From: Acidaminococcaceae bacterium
Lineage (GTDB): Bacteria > Actinomycetota > Actinomycetes > Actinomycetales > Bifidobacteriaceae
Assembly: GCA_963619075.1 (NCBI GenBank)
Contig: CAVEVJ010000022.1
Location: forward strand, 1 to 32,836
Reading direction: 5' to 3'
DNA length: 32,836 nt
The notes beneath the pieces are model-generated. The model was not told where the DNA came from. It saw only the letters and a program-made list of their open reading frames with translations, and did not search any database. The stretch's first letter is position 1; the number at the start of each line of letters is the position of its first letter. A program made the position numbers and the translations under genes. This document shows positions 26,732 to 32,836 of the stretch, piece after piece.

Positions 26732-26831
26732 CGGTGAACTGCCTATAGGCTCCGCCCGAGCGAGACGATAGTCAAGCGAAGGCAGGAATAACGTGACCGC
26801 AGGTCTCAGTAGGTAAAGCATTCCTTCACCG
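26732..26831. other. Candidate structured RNA or small repeat element (multi-stem junction)
   Basis: Nested complementarity: CGGTGAA/TTCACCG, CTGCCT/AGGCAG, GGAAT/ATTCC plus small internal hairpins. Confidence 0.4.
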
Positions 26832-26836
26832 CGCCG

Positions 26837-26877
26837 AAGCGGGGGTTCTCGAATCACTTTCGAGAACCCCCGCTTTT
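26837..26877 (+). terminator. Rho-independent terminator (possibly bidirectional)
   Basis: Perfect 17-bp arms AAGCGGGGGTTCTCGAA / TTCGAGAACCCCCGCTT ending in a T-run, between convergent genes. Confidence 0.85.
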
Positions 26878-26914
26878 CATTATGTTGACCTTGTGCAGGG
26901 CTGCCTGAAATCCA

Positions 26915-27934
26915 CTATTCGTGGGCGATGGGTCGGGTTGTGATGCCCGGTGTCAATACGGTCTGAATGATCGTGCGCGGATCGTCCAGTGATTTCTTGG
27001 AAGCGAGGTCGAGTGCCTTATGCGCGGCGATGTGCCCGATTTCGCGCGCGGGCTGCATCATCGTGGTCAGGTTGATGCTTGTCGCGACGTCCGATCCGTC
27101 ATGTCCCGCGACGGACATGTCTTCCGGTACGCGCACACCATTGCAACGCAGCTCATGTATGACGGCAAGCGCGTAGTAGTCGGACCATACGCACAATGCG
27201 GTCGGTCGTTCCGGCAACGCGAGGATCGTGGCGATGGTCTGTTTGACGGATAGTGGATCTGCAACGTCGATGTAGTATATGCCGCAATCGGTGAGGTTGA
27301 GATCGGCGATCGCGTTGCGGTAGCCGGTGGTGCGGTCGTCGTGGCCCCATTCGCTGCCGGGCAGTGGCTCCTTGCGTCCGATGTAGCAGAATTTTCTATG
27401 GCCGATGGCGGCCAGATAGCGCACCAGCGTGGCTTCGGAGGTTTCGTCGTCGATGGCGACGGAGCCTTGGCAGCAGTTCACGTCGGGGGAGTTGACCAGA
27501 ACGATGGGCATGCCCATATTGGCCAGTGCCTGTTCTTCTTGTTCCGTGGCGGAGAAGCCGGATACGATCAGTGCGTCGGCATTGCGATTGGCGGGTAGGT
27601 TGGTGAAGAATCCGGATCTTTCTTCGGCGCTACCTGCGCGGTAGATGAGCAGGTCGTAACGTGCGGGGTTGAGCACATCGTACAGGCCGTCCAACAGTTC
27701 GCCCATGAACCAGCCGGCGATGCGGTCTCGGGCCAGCAGCGCGATGCGGTTCGTTTGTCCGCTTGCCAATGATGATGCGGCTTTGGATGCGGTGTAGTTC
27801 AGATCTTTCGCGGCTTTCAGGACTTTTTCCCGTGTGCGGGGCGCCACGTGGTCCATGCCGCGCAGCGCCCGTGAGACGGTGAATGTGGAGACTCCCGCCG
27901 CTTTCGCCACGTCTTCGATGGTTGTCTGCGCCAT
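26915..27934 (-). CDS. LacI-family transcriptional regulator
   Basis: TTIEDVAKAAGVSTFTVSRAL HTH; VPEDMSVAGHD, LTTMMQP. Confidence 0.95.
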   Translation of the reverse strand: MAQTTIEDVAKAAGVSTFTVSRALRGMDHVAPRTREKVLKAAKDLNYTASKAASSLASGQTNRIALLARDRIAGWFMGELLDGLYDVLNPARYDLLIYRAGSAEERSGFFTNLPANRNADALIVSGFSATEQEEQALANMGMPIVLVNSPDVNCCQGSVAIDDETSEATLVRYLAAIGHRKFCYIGRKEPLPGSEWGHDDRTTGYRNAIADLNLTDCGIYYIDVADPLSVKQTIATILALPERPTALCVWSDYYALAVIHELRCNGVRVPEDMSVAGHDGSDVATSINLTTMMQPAREIGHIAAHKALDLASKKSLDDPRTIIQTVLTPGITTRPIAHE

Positions 27935-27963
27935 GATATCTCCCTATGAATGTCCGTCTATGT

Positions 27964-28024
27964 ACTAAGCGATTATATGACTTTCCTTTGAATTTCCGAG
28001 GACTTGCATTGCTAAGCGCTGAGA
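27964..28024. promoter_or_regulatory. Two degenerate LacI-type operator copies
   Basis: ACTAAGCGATTATA (27964-27977) and GCTAAGCGCTGAGA (28011-28024) resemble the perfect palindrome at 28167. Confidence 0.6.
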
Positions 28025-28133
28025 TTGTTGTATGGGCCTTTTATGGCATCTGTTGGCGATGGTATGTTAAAAACGTTGAAATAACAGCAATAAATTATTT
28101 CAACACGCCGAGATAACGCCCGTATAAGCGAAT

Positions 28134-28180
28134 TTGACAGCTTGCCGTCTCGTCTCATATTCTATAGCTAAGCGCTTAGC
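28134..28180 (+). promoter_or_regulatory. Sigma-70-type promoter with adjacent LacI operator
   Basis: TTGACA (28134-28139), 18-bp spacer, TATTCT (28158-28163), then perfect palindrome GCTAAGCGCTTAGC (28167-28180) with the central CG typical of LacI sites. Confidence 0.8.
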
Positions 28181-28247
28181 AAAAAGATAGGCGTGAGGGA
28201 ACCGAATAAAGGCATTCGTAATGATTCCCGCAAGGAAAGGAGCATCA

Positions 28248-29573
28248 ATGAAGATCGGAAAAACCGTTAAAACCGTCATCGCGGGGGCAATGGCCGTGGC
28301 CTGCCTCGCATCCGTCGCGGCCTGTGGTCCGGGATCGTCATCCTCGAAATCCAATACGAATTCCGAAGCGGTAAGCACCGACCTGGGCGATGAGAAAATC
28401 GAGCTGAAACTGTGGGACGGCGCGGGACTCAAGACCTTCGACGACCAGCTCATCGCAGCATTCCAGGAAAAGTATCCGAACGTGACCATCACGGCGACCT
28501 ACGATCCGGACAACACCTCGGCGCAAAACGGTCCGCGAATCATCTCCGCATCCGATACTCCCGACATCGCGCGTATCACCGACATCAACTCCGCGGTGCG
28601 AGGCAACCATCTCGTCAATCTTGACGAATATGCAAAAGCCTACGATTGGAACCTTCCCGAATCGCAGACGGAGGTCTACCAGGTCGACTCCGACGGCAAA
28701 ATCGGGTCCGGCAGCCTGTACGCCGTTCCGGACGGCGTTTCCATGACGGGTCTGTACTGGAACAAGAAGGTGGCGAAGGAACTCGGCATCACGGAGGCTC
28801 CGACCACCATCGAACAGCTCGAAGCCGATATGAAGAAGGCCAAGGACGCAGGCAAGCTCGCCATGATGATGCCGGCCAAGGAAGGCGGCACGTCGTACAT
28901 CTACCAAGCCCTGCTCACCAGCTATGAAGGCCGTGACGCGGTACAGAATTGGATTCTGCAGAAGGACGACGCCACCTTCGTTACCGATGGTGCGCTGAAA
29001 GCCGCGGAACAGGTTAAGAACTGGCAGGATGCCGGATACTTCTCCTCGGATGCCCTCGCTCTCGACGGATCCACCGCACTGAGCCGTTTCTGCAACGGTG
29101 AAGCGCTCTTCTTCCCCTCCGGCAGCTGGTATTCCGCATCCATCAACGACGCTCTCGGCGACGACGCCGGTTGGGTGGCGTTCCCCGGTATGAACGAAGG
29201 TGAGGAATCGGCCGCATCCAACGCGGTGACGGCATTCGGCATTCCCGCCAACGCCAAGCATAAGAACGCGGCAGCGGCATTCCTCAACTTCCTGCAGTCC
29301 GATGAGGCACGTCAGATTGCGGTCGACAACGGATATCCGCCGATTGGTGAAGGCGATGTTCCGGACACCGACAACCAGCTGCTGTCCCAGGTGCTCACCT
29401 CCTACGAAAGCCTCGTGGCAAGCGGCAACACCACCGACTACATCAACAACGCGACCGCCGGCATTCAGTCCAGCGCGATCATCCCCGGTTTCCAGTCCCT
29501 GCTTGACGGCACCATGACGCCGCAGGAATTTGTCGATTCCATCCAAAAGCAATACGAAAAGGAAACCAAGTAG
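28248..29573 (+). CDS. Sugar ABC transporter substrate-binding lipoprotein
   Basis: GAAAGGAG RBS; lipobox VAAC plus Ser-rich linker; FQEKYPNVTI, PDIA, LYWNK. Confidence 0.92.
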   Translation: MKIGKTVKTVIAGAMAVACLASVAACGPGSSSSKSNTNSEAVSTDLGDEKIELKLWDGAGLKTFDDQLIAAFQEKYPNVTITATYDPDNTSAQNGPRIISASDTPDIARITDINSAVRGNHLVNLDEYAKAYDWNLPESQTEVYQVDSDGKIGSGSLYAVPDGVSMTGLYWNKKVAKELGITEAPTTIEQLEADMKKAKDAGKLAMMMPAKEGGTSYIYQALLTSYEGRDAVQNWILQKDDATFVTDGALKAAEQVKNWQDAGYFSSDALALDGSTALSRFCNGEALFFPSGSWYSASINDALGDDAGWVAFPGMNEGEESAASNAVTAFGIPANAKHKNAAAAFLNFLQSDEARQIAVDNGYPPIGEGDVPDTDNQLLSQVLTSYESLVASGNTTDYINNATAGIQSSAIIPGFQSLLDGTMTPQEFVDSIQKQYEKETK

Positions 29574-29607
29574 CCGCATACGGCATAAGCCATATGCAAG
29601 CACAGAC

Positions 29608-29653
29608 TTCGGGCGGGACGGTTCATCCAACCCCTTTTCCCATCCCGCCCGAA
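29608..29653 (+). other. Stem-loop between the SBP and permease genes
   Basis: TTCGGGCGGGA (29608-29618) / TCCCGCCCGAA (29643-29653). Confidence 0.55.
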
Positions 29654-29722
29654 CACATCCCCTCATCCCGCATTTCCGTACAAATGCATTGAAACAAGCG
29701 TCCCAAATCAACTGAGGCAATC

Positions 29723-30622
29723 ATGTCAACTCGCAATCCATCCAGAACGAAACGGCCGTTGCCGCTTGGCGCGATCAGTTTGCTGTTCCTCCTGCCCGCG
29801 CTGCTGTTCTATGCAGTGTTCGAACTCTGGCCGATCGTGCAGACCATCTGGTATTCGCTGTATGACTGGAACGGCATCGACGAAAGCACTTTCGTCGGAC
29901 TTGACAACTACAAGACGGTGTTCACCGACCCCGATCTGTACGGGTCGATTCTTCACTCGTTCTACCTGATCATCTTCTTCTCCATCGCCCCAATCGTGAT
30001 CGGCCTGATTATCGCGGTGCTTATCAAAGACATGAAATCCAAGACGGGGCGCGGTTTCGCACAGGTCTGCCTGTTCCTGCCACGAGTCATCCCAGGAGCC
30101 GCGGCAGGCGTGGCATGGACCTGGATGCTCGCCGACAAGGGCACCGTCAACCAGATCCTTCGCACGATTGGGCTCGGAGACGTCGCGCACGTGTGGCTCG
30201 GCGACCAATCCACATCGCTCAACGCCGTTGGCGTGATCGGCTTTTGGCTGCAGCTCGGCTTCTGCGTGGTGCTGCTGCTCTCCGGAATCGGTGGCATCGA
30301 CCAGTCGCTCTACGAAGCGGCAAGCCTTGACGGAGCCGGCTGGTGGCGTCAGCTCTTCCACATCACCCTGCCCGGACTGCGTGGGCAGATCGGCGTATGC
30401 CTGACCATGACCATCATCTCCGCACTTGCCAGCTTCGACGTGGTGTACATGTCCACGCAAGGCGGCCCGGGAACCTCAACCATGGTGCCCGGCGTGCAGG
30501 TCTACCGACTCGCGTTCACCCAGCAGAGCGTGGGACTCGCATCCGCACTCGCCGTGGCCCTGATGGTGCTTGTGCTGCTGGTCGTCGGACCTTTGCAGCG
30601 ACTCGTCAACGGAAAGAAGTGA
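29723..30622 (+). CDS. Carbohydrate ABC permease
   Basis: YSLYDWNG, FVGLDNY, LYEAASLDGA, TQGGPG. Confidence 0.93.
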   Translation: MSTRNPSRTKRPLPLGAISLLFLLPALLFYAVFELWPIVQTIWYSLYDWNGIDESTFVGLDNYKTVFTDPDLYGSILHSFYLIIFFSIAPIVIGLIIAVLIKDMKSKTGRGFAQVCLFLPRVIPGAAAGVAWTWMLADKGTVNQILRTIGLGDVAHVWLGDQSTSLNAVGVIGFWLQLGFCVVLLLSGIGGIDQSLYEAASLDGAGWWRQLFHITLPGLRGQIGVCLTMTIISALASFDVVYMSTQGGPGTSTMVPGVQVYRLAFTQQSVGLASALAVALMVLVLLVVGPLQRLVNGKK

Positions 30623-30627
30623 TTACC

Positions 30628-31452
30628 ATGCAGCAATCGAAAACGACTCGCATCGCCGGCGGCGCGATGCTCGCACTGACCGTACTGTTCTGCGTGCTGC
30701 CTTTCCTGAGCATGCTCTCCGCAGCCTTGCAGCCACAAGGATCCATGCCGGAAGGCATTCAGTTCACCGCGCATCCGCACTGGGAGAACTTCATTGACGC
30801 ATGGAATATCGCCAACATCACACCGTTGTTGCTGAACAGCGTCATCCTGGTGATCGTCGTGGTGCCTTGCGTGGTGATTTTCTGCTCGCTTGGCGGATAT
30901 GCGTTCGCCCAATTGAAAGTACCGTGCAAAGGCCTGATTTACACCCTGTTTTTGGTAGGTCTGACGATTCCGTTCGAAACGATGGTCACTCCGCTGTATT
31001 ACGAAATCAGCGACATGGGAATTCTCAACACCCGTCTTGCGCTGATTCTGCCGCTGATCGGTCTGAACATTCCCTTCGGCATTGTGTGGATGCGTTCCTG
31101 CTTCGAGCAGATGCCGCGAGATCTGATGGAGGCCGCCAGTATTGACGGTGCCGGATACTTCCGTACATTCCGTTCGATCCAGCTTCCTCTGGCACTGCCT
31201 GCCATCTCCTCGCTCGGTATTCTGACGTTCCTCGCCACGTGGAATCAGTTCCTTCTGGCGGTGGTGCTGGAAAGCGACCCGAACAAGCGCACCATGGCCG
31301 GCGCTCTGCAGGCATTCGTCGGCCAGTATCAGACGGACGTGGTGCTGCTCAACGCGGGTGCGCTGCTCATCATGGCACCGACCATGCTGCTGTTCATCTT
31401 CTTGCAGCGTTACTTCATCCGCGCCATGCTGGCAGGTTCCGTCAAGGGGTGA
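30628..31452 (+). CDS. Carbohydrate ABC permease
   Basis: MQQSK start just after the upstream stop; HWENF, LMEAASIDGA, WNQFLL, LQRYFIRAMLAGSVKG. Confidence 0.93.
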   Translation: MQQSKTTRIAGGAMLALTVLFCVLPFLSMLSAALQPQGSMPEGIQFTAHPHWENFIDAWNIANITPLLLNSVILVIVVVPCVVIFCSLGGYAFAQLKVPCKGLIYTLFLVGLTIPFETMVTPLYYEISDMGILNTRLALILPLIGLNIPFGIVWMRSCFEQMPRDLMEAASIDGAGYFRTFRSIQLPLALPAISSLGILTFLATWNQFLLAVVLESDPNKRTMAGALQAFVGQYQTDVVLLNAGALLIMAPTMLLFIFLQRYFIRAMLAGSVKG

Positions 31453-31457
31453 TTTTC

Positions 31458-32836
31458 ATGGTTGATTTTTCCGTACATTCCAATCCGAAATTCACGGAGA
31501 ACGAGTTCTCCGAATCCAAGTCCGGTGCCGATTGGTGGCGCGACGCAGTCGTCTATCAGATTTATCCGCGCTCCTTCGCCGATGCGAATGGCGATGGCGA
31601 AGGCGATCTTGCGGGCGTGATCGGCAAACTCGATTATTTGAGCCGACTCGGTGTGGATGCGATTTGGCTTTCGCCGTTCTATCCTTCGCCGTTGGCGGAC
31701 GGTGGTTACGATGTGGCCGATTATCGGGCCGTCGATCCCCGGTTCGGCACGATGGCGCAATTCGACGAGCTGGTAAAACGTTCGCACGAACTCGGTATCA
31801 AAGTCATCATCGATATTGTGCCGAACCATACTTCCGACCAGCACCGCTGGTTCCAAGAGGCCTTGCATGCGGCTCCCGAATCGCCGGAGCGCGCCCGCTA
31901 CGTGTTCCATCGAGGCAAAGGCGAGCATGGTGAGATCCCTCCGACCAACTGGCTGAGCAATTTCGGCGGTTCCGCATGGGAGCCATGCGGCGACGGCTGG
32001 TATTACCTGCACACGTTCGCCAAGGAGCAGCCCGACCTCAACTGGGACAATCCGGAAGTGCACGCGGAATTCCTTGACGTATTGCGTTTCTGGTGCGACA
32101 AAGGCGTGGACGGCTTCCGCATCGACGTTTCCCACGGTCTTGCCAAGGATCTGCGCGAGCCATTGCGTGATCGGCCTGACCCGACCAAGATGTATCCGCA
32201 AGCCACGGACGGTTCCGACCCGATGTGGGACAGGGACGCGGTCCATGACATTTACAGAGAATGGCGTGAGCTGTTCAACGAATACCAGCCCGCGAAATAT
32301 GCGGTCGGGGAGTCGTGGACACCATTCAGCGAACGTGTATTCCAATACGCCCATCAGGACGAGCTCGGTGCCATCTTCGATTTCTCCCTTGAAAAGGCGG
32401 CATGGAATCGAGACGAATATCGTCAAACCATCGAACGGACAAGACGATATGCCATCGAAGCCGGCACAGCACCGACCTGGGTGCTCGGCAATCATGATGT
32501 TCCACGTATAGCGTCCCGACTTGGCGTGCCATCCGGTACGGATATCGAAGCGTGGGTTACATCCGACGGCAAGAATCCGCCTATCAGCCCGGCATCCGCC
32601 GCGCGACGTGCGCGTGCCGCTGCCCTGATCATGCTGGGGCTGCCCGGTACCGCCTTCGTCTACCAAGGTGAGGAGCTTGGACTTCCTGAAGATTTCGATC
32701 TGCGTCCGGAAGAATTGCAGGATCCGATCTGGGAACGTAATCACCATACGTTCAAAGGACGCGACGGTTGCCGTGTGCCGCTGCCGTGGACCGGCGACCA
32801 AAGCCAGGCTTTCGGCTTCAACGATTCCGGCAAATC
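31458..32836 (+). CDS. GH13 alpha-glucosidase, 3'-truncated by window edge (absent from the ORF track)
   Basis: Manual translation: MVDFSVH...WWRDAVVYQIYPRSFADANGDGEGDL, DGGYDVADY, DIVPNHTS, QPDLNW, GFRIDVSH, VGESW, LGNHDV, YQGEELGL, RDGCRVPLPW. Confidence 0.94.
   Translation, partial: MVDFSVHSNPKFTENEFSESKSGADWWRDAVVYQIYPRSFADANGDGEGDLAGVIGKLDYLSRLGVDAIWLSPFYPSPLADGGYDVADYRAVDPRFGTMAQFDELVKRSHELGIKVIIDIVPNHTSDQHRWFQEALHAAPESPERARYVFHRGKGEHGEIPPTNWLSNFGGSAWEPCGDGWYYLHTFAKEQPDLNWDNPEVHAEFLDVLRFWCDKGVDGFRIDVSHGLAKDLREPLRDRPDPTKMYPQATDGSDPMWDRDAVHDIYREWRELFNEYQPAKYAVGESWTPFSERVFQYAHQDELGAIFDFSLEKAAWNRDEYRQTIERTRRYAIEAGTAPTWVLGNHDVPRIASRLGVPSGTDIEAWVTSDGKNPPISPASAARRARAAALIMLGLPGTAFVYQGEELGLPEDFDLRPEELQDPIWERNHHTFKGRDGCRVPLPWTGDQSQAFGFNDSGK

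Noticed and set aside
1..32836. tRNA, rRNA, IS elements, integrases, prophage or defence genes, pseudogenes
   Set aside because: None recognised; all identified CDSs appear intact apart from the two truncated by the window edges.

Overview
High-GC actinobacterial chromosome segment; gene content and order point to Bifidobacterium (inference), probably near oriC because it carries a perfect parS site. Left to right: 3' part of a P-type cation ATPase; dcd; a ~13 kb co-oriented cluster (PucR-family regulator, Dpp/Opp-type ABC importer, YtcJ-like amidohydrolase, APH-fold kinase of the hydroxylysine-kinase type, class-III PLP enzyme with phospho-lyase-type motifs, MFS transporter); a carboxylesterase; an intergenic region with a candidate CU-rich anti-Shine-Dalgarno sRNA and a parS embedded in a terminator-like palindrome; a CPA1 Na+/H+ antiporter; tadA; a raffinose-type locus (GH36 alpha-galactosidase, 63-bp palindromic tandem repeats, ROK regulator, sugar ABC genes); a candidate structured RNA element; and a LacI-controlled sugar ABC locus with a GH13 alpha-glucosidase running off the end. 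The best candidate for an undescribed system is the 2458-15559 cluster, which looks like an import, deacylate, phosphorylate and phospho-lyase pathway for hydroxylysine or another amino alcohol. All assignments come from motif recognition; no database searches were run.
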